From an uncultured Bacteroidota bacterium (GTDB lineage: Bacteria > Bacteroidota > Bacteroidia > Flavobacteriales > TMED113), in contig CACAKI010000002.1 in the NCBI GenBank assembly GCA_902533035.1, forward strand, positions 12,191 through 76,190: a stretch of 64,000 nucleotides of DNA. Direction: 5' to 3'. Both the position numbers and the translations under genes were made by a program. Position 1 is the first letter of the stretch. Each line of letters starts with the position of its first letter. The notes beneath the pieces were generated by a model, which saw only the letters and a list, made by a program, of their open reading frames with translations, was not told the origin of the DNA and ran no database searches. This document shows positions 31,814 through 41,460 of this stretch, piece by piece.

Positions 31814-34663
31814 ATGCCTAAAGATCTTTCTATAAAATCTATTCTTATTATTGGAAGTGGCCCTATTGTTATCGGCCAGGCTTGTGAATTTGATTATTCT
31901 GGCTCTCAAGCTTCAAGATCTCTTAGAGAAGAGGGTATAGAAGTTTCATTAATAAATTCTAATCCAGCAACTATTATGACTGACCCTGTAGTTGCAGATA
32001 ATATTTATTTATTACCATTAAATTGTGATTCTATTGAAAAAATATTATCAGAGCGAGATATAGATGCAGTTTTGCCATCTATGGGTGGACAAACAGCATT
32101 GAATTTATGTATAGAGGCTGATGAAAAAGGAATTTGGAAAAAATATAATGTAAAAATTATTGGAGTTGATATTGATGCTATTAATATAACAGAGGATAGA
32201 GAGGCTTTTAGAGGTCTTATGGAAAAGATTAATATTCCAGTTGCTCCTTCTAAAATTGCCACTTCTTTTTTAGAAGGAAAATCAATTGCTCAAGAATTAG
32301 GCTTTCCTTTAGTTGTTAGGCCTTCTTTTACTTTAGGTGGTAGTGGCGCTTCTTTTGTTTATGAAAAATCTCAATTTGAAGAAGCCTTAACAAAGGGTTT
32401 ACACGCTTCTCCAATTCATGAAGTTTTGATAGACAAAGCATTATTAGGTTGGAAAGAATATGAATTAGAATTATTGAGAGATTCTAATGACAATGTAATA
32501 ATTATTTGTTCCATAGAAAATATGGATCCTATGGGCATACATACTGGAGATTCTATAACAGTTGCTCCTGCTATGACGCTTTCTGATACATGTTATCAAA
32601 ATATGCGTAATGCTGCAATCAAAATGATGCGTTCTATTGGGGATTTTGCTGGAGGATGTAATGTGCAATTTGCTGTTAGCCCTGATGAAAAAGAAGATTT
32701 AGTTGCTATAGAAATTAACCCTAGAGTTTCTAGATCATCAGCTTTAGCTTCAAAAGCTACAGGTTATCCAATTGCTAAAATATCAGCAAAACTAGCAATA
32801 GGCTACACTTTAGATGAATTAAAAAATCAAATTACTGGTTCTACTTCTGCTTTTTTTGAACCTACATTAGATTACGTTATTGTTAAAATCCCTAGATGGA
32901 ACTTTGATAAATTTGATGGCTGTGACAAAGAATTAGGTTTACAAATGAAATCTGTTGGAGAAGTAATGGCTATTGGAAGAAGTTTTAAAGAAGCTTTACA
33001 AAAAGCATGTCAATCTTTAGAAATTAAAAGAAATGGTTTGGGTGCAGACGGAAGAGGTTGGACTAATCAAGATCAGATATTACACTCTTTAAAAAGGCCA
33101 AGTTGGGATAGAGTTTTTAGAATATATGATGCTATAAACCTAGGTATTTCTTTAAGTAGAATAAAGCAATTAACGGGAATGGATATGTGGTTTTTAAAGC
33201 AAATTGAAAATATTATTTTAATTGAGAAAAAAATAAATCAATTATCCATTGATAATATTTCATCTGAGTTGTTACTTGAAGCTAAAATGAGTGGATTTGC
33301 GGATAGGCAAATAGCTCATCTTATGAACTGTTTAGAAAGTGAAGTTTTTAATAAGAGAAAAGAATTTGATATAAGTAGAGTTTATAAATTAGTGGATACT
33401 TGTGCTGCTGAATTTAAAGCAACAACACCGTATTATTATTCTACTTTTGAAAGAAAATCTTATACTAAATCAGGAGAATTAATAAAATATAATGAAAGTG
33501 AATCCACAAAAAACAAAAAAATTATTGTACTTGGCTCAGGGCCAAATAGGATAGGTCAAGGAATAGAATTTGATTATTGTTGTGTACATGGTGTTTTAGC
33601 AAGTAGAGAATGTGGTTATGAAACTATCATGATTAATTGTAATCCAGAAACTGTTTCTACAGATTTTGACACCGCTAACAAGTTATATTTTGAACCTGTT
33701 TTTTGGGAACATATCTATGACATTATTTTGCATGAAAAACCAGAGGGAGTTATTGTTCAATTAGGAGGGCAAACAGCTTTAAAATTAGCTGAAAAATTAG
33801 AAAAATATGATATAAAGATAATCGGCTCTAGTTTTAATTCTTTAGATATTGCAGAGGATAGGGGTCGATTTTCTGAAATGTTAAAAAAATTAGAAATTCC
33901 ATACCCAGAATTTGGAGTTGCACAATCTGCTGATGAAGCACTAAAAATTTCAAAAGAACTTTCATTCCCAATTCTTGTAAGGCCTTCGTATGTTTTAGGG
34001 GGGCAAGGGATGAAAATAGTTATTAATGATAGAGATTTGGAACATCATGTAGTTAATTTATTGAAAAGTATTCCTGGAAATAGAATCTTGTTAGATCATT
34101 ACTTGGATAAAGCTATTGAGGCAGAAGTAGATGCTATTTGTGATGGAGAAGATGTTTATATTATTGGAGTGATGGAGCATATAGAACCATGTGGTATTCA
34201 TTCTGGTGATTCAAGTGCAGTATTACCAACTTTTAGTTTAAGTGAAAAGGCAGTTCAAGATATGTTAGATTACACTAAAAAAATCGCTTTAAATCTAGAG
34301 GTTGTAGGTTTAATTAATATACAGTTTGCTATTAAAGATGACAGTGTTTATGTTATAGAGGCAAACCCTAGAGCTTCTAGGACAGTGCCATTTATATCTA
34401 AAGCATATTTAGAACCTTATATTAAGTATGCAACTAAAGTAATGTTAGGAAAGAATAAGCTTAAGGATTTTAATTTCCAACCACAAAAAAATGGTTTTGC
34501 TATAAAAGTTCCTGTTTTTTCTTTTGAAAAATTTCCAAATGTAAATAAAGAATTGGGTCCAGAAATGAAATCTACTGGAGAAATGATATATTTTATTAAG
34601 AATTTGGAAGATCCATTCTTTCTGAAGCTTTATTCAGAAAGAAATCTTTATTTAAGTAAGTAA
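31814..34663 (+). CDS. carB: Carbamoyl-phosphate synthase large subunit (form lacking the C-terminal allosteric/MGS-like domain)
   Basis: 949-aa ORF with duplicated ATP-grasp halves (GSGPIVIGQACEFDYSG and GSGPNRIGQGIEFDYCC; EINPRVSRSSALASKATG and EANPRASRTVPFISKA). No carA is adjacent. Confidence 0.95.
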   Translation: MPKDLSIKSILIIGSGPIVIGQACEFDYSGSQASRSLREEGIEVSLINSNPATIMTDPVVADNIYLLPLNCDSIEKILSERDIDAVLPSMGGQTALNLCIEADEKGIWKKYNVKIIGVDIDAINITEDREAFRGLMEKINIPVAPSKIATSFLEGKSIAQELGFPLVVRPSFTLGGSGASFVYEKSQFEEALTKGLHASPIHEVLIDKALLGWKEYELELLRDSNDNVIIICSIENMDPMGIHTGDSITVAPAMTLSDTCYQNMRNAAIKMMRSIGDFAGGCNVQFAVSPDEKEDLVAIEINPRVSRSSALASKATGYPIAKISAKLAIGYTLDELKNQITGSTSAFFEPTLDYVIVKIPRWNFDKFDGCDKELGLQMKSVGEVMAIGRSFKEALQKACQSLEIKRNGLGADGRGWTNQDQILHSLKRPSWDRVFRIYDAINLGISLSRIKQLTGMDMWFLKQIENIILIEKKINQLSIDNISSELLLEAKMSGFADRQIAHLMNCLESEVFNKRKEFDISRVYKLVDTCAAEFKATTPYYYSTFERKSYTKSGELIKYNESESTKNKKIIVLGSGPNRIGQGIEFDYCCVHGVLASRECGYETIMINCNPETVSTDFDTANKLYFEPVFWEHIYDIILHEKPEGVIVQLGGQTALKLAEKLEKYDIKIIGSSFNSLDIAEDRGRFSEMLKKLEIPYPEFGVAQSADEALKISKELSFPILVRPSYVLGGQGMKIVINDRDLEHHVVNLLKSIPGNRILLDHYLDKAIEAEVDAICDGEDVYIIGVMEHIEPCGIHSGDSSAVLPTFSLSEKAVQDMLDYTKKIALNLEVVGLINIQFAIKDDSVYVIEANPRASRTVPFISKAYLEPYIKYATKVMLGKNKLKDFNFQPQKNGFAIKVPVFSFEKFPNVNKELGPEMKSTGEMIYFIKNLEDPFFLKLYSERNLYLSK

Positions 34664-34668
34664 TTATT

Positions 34669-34950
34669 ATGGCTTTTATAAAAGCAGTTTTAATAGGTGT
34701 TGCCGTTTATTATGTAATAGGTTTTGTGTCTAGGCTTCTAGCTCCATTTTTAATCAGAATGTTTTTTAGAAGGATGTCTAGAAAATTTGAAGAACAAGTT
34801 AAAAATGCTAATCAAGCTCAAAATCAAAAAACTAAAAAATATAAAACTCATCAAAAAGGAAAAACTATAGTTGAATATGAAGATGATGAGAAAGAAAAAA
34901 AGAAAGATTATGGAGGAGATTATGTTGATTATGAAGAATTAGAAAAATAA
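34669..34950 (+). CDS. Small membrane protein (DUF4834-like)
   Basis: 93-aa ORF with one N-terminal TM helix, a basic linker and an acidic C-terminus GGDYVDYEELEK. The family is recalled from memory. Confidence 0.5.
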   Translation: MAFIKAVLIGVAVYYVIGFVSRLLAPFLIRMFFRRMSRKFEEQVKNANQAQNQKTKKYKTHQKGKTIVEYEDDEKEKKKDYGGDYVDYEELEK

Positions 34951-34954
34951 CAAA

Positions 34955-37645
34955 ATGAATTGGAAAGATTTATTATTTAAAAAAAAATTACTATTCCATG
35001 TGATTAGTATTACTTTATTTGCTGTAATTACATTAGTTTATTGTAGCCCTATACTTGAAGGGAAAAGAATAAAGCAAGGGGACATTATCCAATTTCAAGG
35101 AATGTCTAAAGAAATACAAGATTTTAGAGACAAAACAGGTAATGAGGCGCTTTGGACCAACTCAATGTTTGGGGGAATGCCTGCTTATCAGATTTCAGTA
35201 AAATATCCAAATAATATATTACTTCATATTGACAAAGCTTTACAATTAGGTTTTCCTAGACCTATAGGTGTGATGTTTTTATATTTTCTAGGTTTTTATA
35301 TTCTAATGTTATCTATGAAATTAGATTATAAATTAGCTTTTTTGGCTTCCATAGCTTTTGGTCTTTCATCTTATTTTCTAATAATTTTAGAGGCAGGGCA
35401 TAATACTAAAGCACATGCTATTTCTTACATGGCGCCCACTATAGCTGGAATGTTATGGTGCTTTAGAGGGAAAAGATTATTAGGTTTCTTTTTGACTTTC
35501 TTGTTTTTAGGGTTACAAATTAGAGCAAACCATCCTCAAATAAGTTATTATTTGATGTTTGTTTTATTTTCTTTTTGGTTAGCATATTTAATTTACTCTA
35601 TCAAAGACAAAAAGATAAAATTTTTTATCTCTAACACTGCAGTTTTTGTTTTAGGTTGTTTTCTAGCTATTATGATTAATATAGCATCTCTTTGGTCTAC
35701 CTATGATTATAGCAAGTATACTATGCGTGGAGGTTCTGATTTAATTCAAGAAGAGTCAGGTCTGAAACAAGATTATGCTATGAAATGGAGCTATGGTAAA
35801 ATGGAAACCTTTAATCTATTAATTCCAAATTTATATGGAGGTATATCAAAATCATTTTTAGAAGATGAAGACTCAGAGATTTATAAGAAAATTATAAGTA
35901 TTCAAAGTAAAAAAGAATCTGAGTTTCTAAAACACTTTAATGAATGGGGTAAAAATATTTTAGGTGTTGATTTTAATTTATATAATGTACTTAGAAGTAA
36001 AAACCAGTCTAAACAAATAACTGAACAAGAAATGGAAACTCTTATGGAGTTACATGGTAAAATACAACAATCTGAAGCAGTTGTTATGCAAAAGCAAAAT
36101 GAAATTGCTTCAAAAATTTTCACTGAAAAATTTGATAATGATTTACAATCTTTACAAGCTAGCACTTCACAATATTGGGGCCCTCAAGCTTTCACTTCAG
36201 GTCCTGTTTATTTAGGCTCTACTGTACTTTTTTTATTTTTCTTAAGCTTATTTTTATTTTTCCATGATACACAAAGAATTAAAATTCTAAAAACATGTCT
36301 TTTAGGTTTATGTTTTATTGCCTTACTATTAGCTTGGGGTAGTAATTTAGAATGGTTTAATAATTTATTTTTTAATTACTTTCCTCTCTATAATAAATTT
36401 AGAACTGTTTCAATGATTTTAATTATAGTTCAGTTGGCTATTCCTATTATTGCAATTTTGGGATTAAACAGTTTTTTAAATTCTGATCTAAATACAAAAG
36501 CAAAAAGAAATAAAATTTTGTTAGCAGGTGGGTTAGGAGTTTTTATTTGTTTAGGATTTGTATTGTTTTGGAAGCAGTTTTATACTTTTTCTAATGATTT
36601 ATCAACTGAATATGCTACTTTTTTTGATGCTTTAAAAAATGCTCATTTTTCTTTATTAAAGAATGATGTTTTTCGAACAATAATTTTGATATTTATTTGT
36701 GCTATAATTTTAATAGCTTTTTCTTTTAAAAGATTGAATAAAAATTGGGTAATTGGCCTTATTACTTGTTTAATACTTTTTGATCTTTGGGATGTTAATA
36801 AGAGATATTTGAATAATGATGATTTTGTTCAAAAAAGTAAAATGGACAACCCATATAATTTCCCAACCAATGATGAGCAAATAAAATCAGATACTACAAT
36901 ATTTAGGGTTTTTAATGGTGATGAGCGTTTTTCTGGCACTAATACATCTTATTTTTTTCATAGTCTAGGTGGCTATCATGGAGCGAAACTAAGTAAATAT
37001 CAAAATTTAATTGACTCTGTTTTTTTACATAGAAACCCTGTTTCAGCATTTCGTATGTTAAATACTAAATATTTGATCCAGAATAAAAATGTGGTTAAAA
37101 CAGAATCTCAATTTGGGCAATCGCCTTTAGGTAATGCTTGGTTTATAGAAAATATTGACACTGTTTCTGAAAATGTTGATGAACTTAATGGTTTAAGAAG
37201 TTTTTTCTTTAATCCAGCAACAACAGCAATTATAAATCAAGATCAATTAAAGGATATAAAAGAATTTGAGTATGATAGTACAGCCACTATTCGTTTAATT
37301 GCCAATAAAAACAATTACAATCCGAGTAGGTTAGTGTATAAAACATCAGATTTAAAAAACACCCAATTAGCTGTTTTTTCTGAGATATATTATCCAAAAG
37401 GGTGGGATGTTTATATTGATGGTGAAGAAGTAAATTATTTTAGAGTTAATTATTTGTTGAGAGGGTTAATGATTCCGAAAGGTGAACATGAAATAGTATT
37501 TGAATTTAAACCTAATTCCTTTTATGTTGGAAATAAAATAGCGCTAGGTTCTTCAATAATTTTTTTAATTACTTTTTTCACAGTTTTAATTTATTATTTA
37601 AAACCTGAGTTGTTAAACAATATATACTCAAAGTCTCAAGTTTAA
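34955..37645 (+). CDS. YfhO family polytopic membrane protein (GT-C-type glycosyltransferase candidate)
   Basis: 896-aa ORF with more than 10 TM segments. The N-terminal block QFQGMSKEIQDFRDKTGNEALWTNSMFGGMPAYQIS is characteristic of flavobacterial YfhO-family proteins as I recall them. It has a large C-terminal extracytoplasmic domain and a final TM helix. Confidence 0.7.
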   Translation: MNWKDLLFKKKLLFHVISITLFAVITLVYCSPILEGKRIKQGDIIQFQGMSKEIQDFRDKTGNEALWTNSMFGGMPAYQISVKYPNNILLHIDKALQLGFPRPIGVMFLYFLGFYILMLSMKLDYKLAFLASIAFGLSSYFLIILEAGHNTKAHAISYMAPTIAGMLWCFRGKRLLGFFLTFLFLGLQIRANHPQISYYLMFVLFSFWLAYLIYSIKDKKIKFFISNTAVFVLGCFLAIMINIASLWSTYDYSKYTMRGGSDLIQEESGLKQDYAMKWSYGKMETFNLLIPNLYGGISKSFLEDEDSEIYKKIISIQSKKESEFLKHFNEWGKNILGVDFNLYNVLRSKNQSKQITEQEMETLMELHGKIQQSEAVVMQKQNEIASKIFTEKFDNDLQSLQASTSQYWGPQAFTSGPVYLGSTVLFLFFLSLFLFFHDTQRIKILKTCLLGLCFIALLLAWGSNLEWFNNLFFNYFPLYNKFRTVSMILIIVQLAIPIIAILGLNSFLNSDLNTKAKRNKILLAGGLGVFICLGFVLFWKQFYTFSNDLSTEYATFFDALKNAHFSLLKNDVFRTIILIFICAIILIAFSFKRLNKNWVIGLITCLILFDLWDVNKRYLNNDDFVQKSKMDNPYNFPTNDEQIKSDTTIFRVFNGDERFSGTNTSYFFHSLGGYHGAKLSKYQNLIDSVFLHRNPVSAFRMLNTKYLIQNKNVVKTESQFGQSPLGNAWFIENIDTVSENVDELNGLRSFFFNPATTAIINQDQLKDIKEFEYDSTATIRLIANKNNYNPSRLVYKTSDLKNTQLAVFSEIYYPKGWDVYIDGEEVNYFRVNYLLRGLMIPKGEHEIVFEFKPNSFYVGNKIALGSSIIFLITFFTVLIYYLKPELLNNIYSKSQV

Positions 37646-37650
37646 GTAGA

Positions 37651-38919
37651 ATGAAAAAGATATTATTAATTAGTTACTACTGGCCACCTAATGCTGGAGT
37701 AGGGGCTAGGAGATGGTTGAATTTTCAAAAGTATTTTTCCAAGGAATTTGCAATTACTGTTTATACACCTGAAAACCCAAGTATGTTAAATGAAGATAAT
37801 TCTTTATTAAACCAGGTATCCTCAGGTACTCAAGTTATAAAACAAAAAATTTGGGAGCCGTATGATTTATATAAAAGATTTACAAAGAAAAGAAAAGTTA
37901 ATCCAGGAGTTTTAATTGATTCCACTAATGGTTTCAAAGATAAATTCACTAATTGGGTTAGGTCTAATTTTTTTATTCCAGATGCTAAATGTTTTTGGAT
38001 TGAGCACTCAGTTTCTTTTTTATCTAAGCTTTTTTTAAAAGAAAATTATGATTTTGTTATTTCTACAGGCCCTCCACACAGCATGCATTTAATAGCTCTT
38101 AAATTAAGAGAAAAGCATAATTTCAAATGGATAGCTGATTTTAGAGATCCGTGGACCAACATGGAGTATTTTTCCAAACTACCTCTTTTAGATTCTTCTA
38201 GAAGAAAACATTTTGATTTAGAAAAAAAAGTAATTTCAAAAGCTGATTTAACATTAACAGTAAGTAAGTTTTGGTCTAAAGAATTTTCTCGATTAGGTGC
38301 TAAAAAAACAGAGGTAGTTTATAATGGATTCGAAAAGTATAATTCTCCAATCCAATTTCATGATAAGTTTAGGATAGGTTATTTTGGTCTTTTTAATGAA
38401 CTTAGGGATCATGACGAAATATGGAAAGCTTTACGTAAAAATATTTCTAGAAATACAAATTTCGAAAAAGATTTAGAGATATATTTTTCTGGTCCTACTC
38501 ATAAAAATTTTCATAAAAACTTAAAAAATAATCACTTAGATAATTATTTAAATTATTGTGAATGGAATAACACAGAGAAAATGAAAGAGGAAATGCTAAA
38601 ATGTAGTGTTTTAATTCTTTCTCAAGCTAATACAGAAGATGCTATGGGAAGGCTTCCTGCTAAATTTTTTGAATATTTAGGAACAGGTATTCCAATTATA
38701 GCTATAGGTAGAAAAAACTCTGATTTATCTAAAATAATTTTAAAAATGCAATGCGGAGTCTTTTTTGAATTTAATAAATTACATAAGCTTTCAAGTTGTT
38801 TTTTAAACTATTATGACAAATATTTGAAAAAGGAAAACAATATAAAGAAAAATGATGTAGATGTTTTTTCTTGGGAGAATCAAGCAAGTAATTTTATAGA
38901 GGTATTAAAAAAATTATAA
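37651..38919 (+). CDS. GT-B fold glycosyltransferase (family 4-like)
   Basis: 422-aa ORF with N-terminus KILLISYYWPPNAGVGARR and C-terminal LPAKFFEYLGTGIPIIAIG, typical of group-1 glycosyltransferases. Confidence 0.6.
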   Translation: MKKILLISYYWPPNAGVGARRWLNFQKYFSKEFAITVYTPENPSMLNEDNSLLNQVSSGTQVIKQKIWEPYDLYKRFTKKRKVNPGVLIDSTNGFKDKFTNWVRSNFFIPDAKCFWIEHSVSFLSKLFLKENYDFVISTGPPHSMHLIALKLREKHNFKWIADFRDPWTNMEYFSKLPLLDSSRRKHFDLEKKVISKADLTLTVSKFWSKEFSRLGAKKTEVVYNGFEKYNSPIQFHDKFRIGYFGLFNELRDHDEIWKALRKNISRNTNFEKDLEIYFSGPTHKNFHKNLKNNHLDNYLNYCEWNNTEKMKEEMLKCSVLILSQANTEDAMGRLPAKFFEYLGTGIPIIAIGRKNSDLSKIILKMQCGVFFEFNKLHKLSSCFLNYYDKYLKKENNIKKNDVDVFSWENQASNFIEVLKKL

Positions 38920-40190
38920 TGAAAGAGACTTCTTCGTATTTTAATAAATTAGTTTCATCTTCTTTTTTAAGAAATGTCATTACTCTCTCTGCTGGAATGG
39001 GTTTAGCATCTTTTATTTCATTTTGTTTTTTATTTATTTTAACTAGACTGTTTACTCCAGAGGAATTTGGAAAATGGGATGTTTTTATGAGAATAATCCA
39101 ATTAGTTGCGATATTATTTACTTTGAGGCTTGAGATGACAATAGTTTTACCTAAGGACCAAAAAGAAGCGACTAAAGTCTCTTTGCTTTCTTTAGTTATA
39201 CTTTTTTTATTGTCCTTTTTGTCTTTAATCATTTTTTTTCTTTTTCATGATTATTTTAATTCTTTAATTGGCAATCCCTTTGATTCTTGGTGGTTAATTT
39301 TAATTCCGTTAGGAGGTTTTTTTCTTGGCTTCTATAATATTTTATTAAATTGGAATAGTCGTTTTGAAAATTATAAAAAAATTTCAAAATCTAATGTTGT
39401 TCATTCTTCTGTTAGCTCTCCTCTATCTGCTGTATTATATTTTCTAGGACTATCTTCCGCTTTAGGGTTAATTTTAGGTCAAATTTTCGCAAGAGTAATT
39501 GCTGTATATTTTCTAATTCATAATTTCTTCTCTGAAATAAAAAAAATTAAATTTTCAGAATTTTTGAATTCATCTAAAAATTTAATTAAAAAATACAGAA
39601 GCTTTCCTCTATTTGAAATTCCACAAAGTTTATTGCAAAGATTTTCAAATGATATAATTTTTTATTTTACTGCTTTTGCATTTGGGGGTGCTACTGTAGG
39701 AATATTGAGTGTTTCAGAAAAAATATTAGCAAAACCTTTAAATATTATTTCTGAGTCTTTTAAAGTTGCATTTTATCAAAGATTAACAATTGAAAAAAAT
39801 AAAACTACATTTTTTTTAAAATCTGTATTGGGCATGTTCTTTTTTGGAGTTCTTGCAGTATGTTTAATTTACTTTATTCCAGTTGATGCTTTTAAGTTTC
39901 TTTTAGGAGATAATGATTGGGTAAAGGTTGGGTTGTATATTAAAATAATTTCCCCATTGGTTTTATCAAGGTTTGTTTTTGTCATGGCAAGTGGTGCTAT
40001 TGCATATAGATTAAAAAATCATATAACTTTATTATGGAGAATTTTATATTGTGTTTTATTAATAATATTATTTTCATGTATTAAGTGGAATAGTGATGAA
40101 GAATTATTATTAATTTACTCTATTCTAGGAGCCTTGATGTATCTTTTTTTAGGTATCTTATCATTTTTTGTTTTAAAAAAGAATAATTAG
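38919..40190 (+). CDS. Polysaccharide/oligosaccharide flippase (Wzx-like, MOP superfamily)
   Basis: 423-aa ORF with about 12 TM segments and the layout of 'polysaccharide biosynthesis protein' flippases. Its ATG overlaps the upstream stop (ATAATG). Confidence 0.6.
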   Translation: MKETSSYFNKLVSSSFLRNVITLSAGMGLASFISFCFLFILTRLFTPEEFGKWDVFMRIIQLVAILFTLRLEMTIVLPKDQKEATKVSLLSLVILFLLSFLSLIIFFLFHDYFNSLIGNPFDSWWLILIPLGGFFLGFYNILLNWNSRFENYKKISKSNVVHSSVSSPLSAVLYFLGLSSALGLILGQIFARVIAVYFLIHNFFSEIKKIKFSEFLNSSKNLIKKYRSFPLFEIPQSLLQRFSNDIIFYFTAFAFGGATVGILSVSEKILAKPLNIISESFKVAFYQRLTIEKNKTTFFLKSVLGMFFFGVLAVCLIYFIPVDAFKFLLGDNDWVKVGLYIKIISPLVLSRFVFVMASGAIAYRLKNHITLLWRILYCVLLIILFSCIKWNSDEELLLIYSILGALMYLFLGILSFFVLKKNN

Positions 40191-40197
40191 TATAAAA

Positions 40198-41043
40198 TTG
40201 AAAGTCCTTATTATTACTCCAGCATATAATGAAGAGAAAGTTCTTCAATTAACTATTGATTCTGTAGTTAATCAAGATTTTTTACCTGTAGAGTGGATAA
40301 TTGTAGATGATAATTCTCAAGATCAAACAAGTAATCTTGCGCGTCAGGCTGCTATTAAGCATAAATGGATAAATTACCTTAAAAAAGAAAAAAAACAAAA
40401 CACAGGCCCAGGCAAAGCCGTTATGGAAGCTTTTTACTTTGGTTATGATAATAAAAAAGTAAATGATTTCGATATAGTTATGAAATTGGATGCTGATATT
40501 ATTTTGCCTAAAAATTACATTTCAGAGATCATAAAAAGAATGGAAGCGGATAAAAATATAGGAATTTGTGGTGGAATTTGTTTAACAAATGGAATAGAAG
40601 AAAGGATTACCAATTTAGATCATGTAAGAGGGGCTATTAAGTGTTATAGAAAACAATGTTTTTTAGAAATAGGTGGTTTATTAAAAAGTATGGGTTGGGA
40701 CACTGTAGATGAACATACTGCACGATTTTTTAATTGGAATGTCTCGGTTTTTATAGATTTAAAAGTTCATCATCAACGTAAAACAAATTTTAAATCTGGA
40801 TATGCTAAAGCAGGATATATTAATGGAAAAATGCTTTATTCTATTAGAATGGATTTTTTCTTAATGCTAACAAATGTTTTCAAGTGGAGTTTGAGATTTC
40901 CATATATTATTTCAGGTTTATCTTTATTTTTTGGATACCTAAAAGCTATGTTTTGTTTTGAAGAAAAAATAGTTTCTAAAGATTTAGGTGTTTTTATTAG
41001 AAAGTATAGGTATAAAAAAATTAGAGAGAAATTTAATTTTTAA
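40198..41043 (+). CDS. Family 2 glycosyltransferase with C-terminal membrane anchor (GtrB/CsbB-like layout)
   Basis: 281-aa ORF with a TTG start. It has the GT-A signature ITPAYNEE...IIVDDNSQD and a DxD (KLDADI). Hydrophobic C-terminal segments are FFLMLTNVF and YIISGLSLFFGYLKAMF. Confidence 0.7.
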   Translation: MKVLIITPAYNEEKVLQLTIDSVVNQDFLPVEWIIVDDNSQDQTSNLARQAAIKHKWINYLKKEKKQNTGPGKAVMEAFYFGYDNKKVNDFDIVMKLDADIILPKNYISEIIKRMEADKNIGICGGICLTNGIEERITNLDHVRGAIKCYRKQCFLEIGGLLKSMGWDTVDEHTARFFNWNVSVFIDLKVHHQRKTNFKSGYAKAGYINGKMLYSIRMDFFLMLTNVFKWSLRFPYIISGLSLFFGYLKAMFCFEEKIVSKDLGVFIRKYRYKKIREKFNF

Positions 41044-41458
41044 CTCTTGTCCAAGTTGTCGTTTTACCAAATAAAGTAAAACCTAGGTATCCTCTTAAAT
41101 CTAATTTATTTTGATTAGTCATGTACACTTCTAATGAATATGTCTTTCCGCTTCTAGCATCATAGATTTCTCCATTAGACCACTCTCCTTTTTTTATATA
41201 TTCTAAATCCTTTAGTATAATTAATCCATTTATAGGGTTTTTCCTTAATGAGGGATTTGGATTTTCTTTATCTAATTTCACCTTTCCATTTTCGTCTAAA
41301 GGTTCTTTAAGCCAGATTATTTTTCCAAAAAAAGAATTTCCTTTTTTATAAATTTCTATTTTGGATTGTTTTTCTTCTTCTAACCAAACTCCCAAAATAG
41401 CATCTGATTGAGATTGGCAAAAAAATGCAATTAATAAAAAAAATATATTTAATCTCAT
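41033..41458 (-). CDS. DUF2147 domain periplasmic protein
   Basis: 141-aa ORF with a signal peptide, then ILGVWLEEEKQSKIEIYKKGNSFFGKIIWLKEP and GEIYDARSGKTY, typical of DUF2147. It lies 2 nt downstream of the M1 peptidase gene. Confidence 0.7.
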   Translation of the reverse strand: MRLNIFFLLIAFFCQSQSDAILGVWLEEEKQSKIEIYKKGNSFFGKIIWLKEPLDENGKVKLDKENPNPSLRKNPINGLIILKDLEYIKKGEWSNGEIYDARSGKTYSLEVYMTNQNKLDLRGYLGFTLFGKTTTWTRVKN

Positions 41459-41460
41459 AA

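Noticed and set aside
31814-34663. carB is about 120 aa shorter than E. coli CarB (no allosteric/MGS-like domain) and has no adjacent carA; I considered a truncation or pseudogene
   Set aside because: Both ATP-grasp halves and the oligomerisation region are intact, and the ORF ends cleanly 5 nt before the next gene. I recall ~950-aa CarB being normal in Flavobacteriia, but I cannot verify that here.
34955-41043. Glycosylation cluster considered as a horizontally acquired island
   Set aside because: I saw no flanking tRNA, integrase, transposase or direct repeats. Base composition and codon style look the same as the surrounding core genes.
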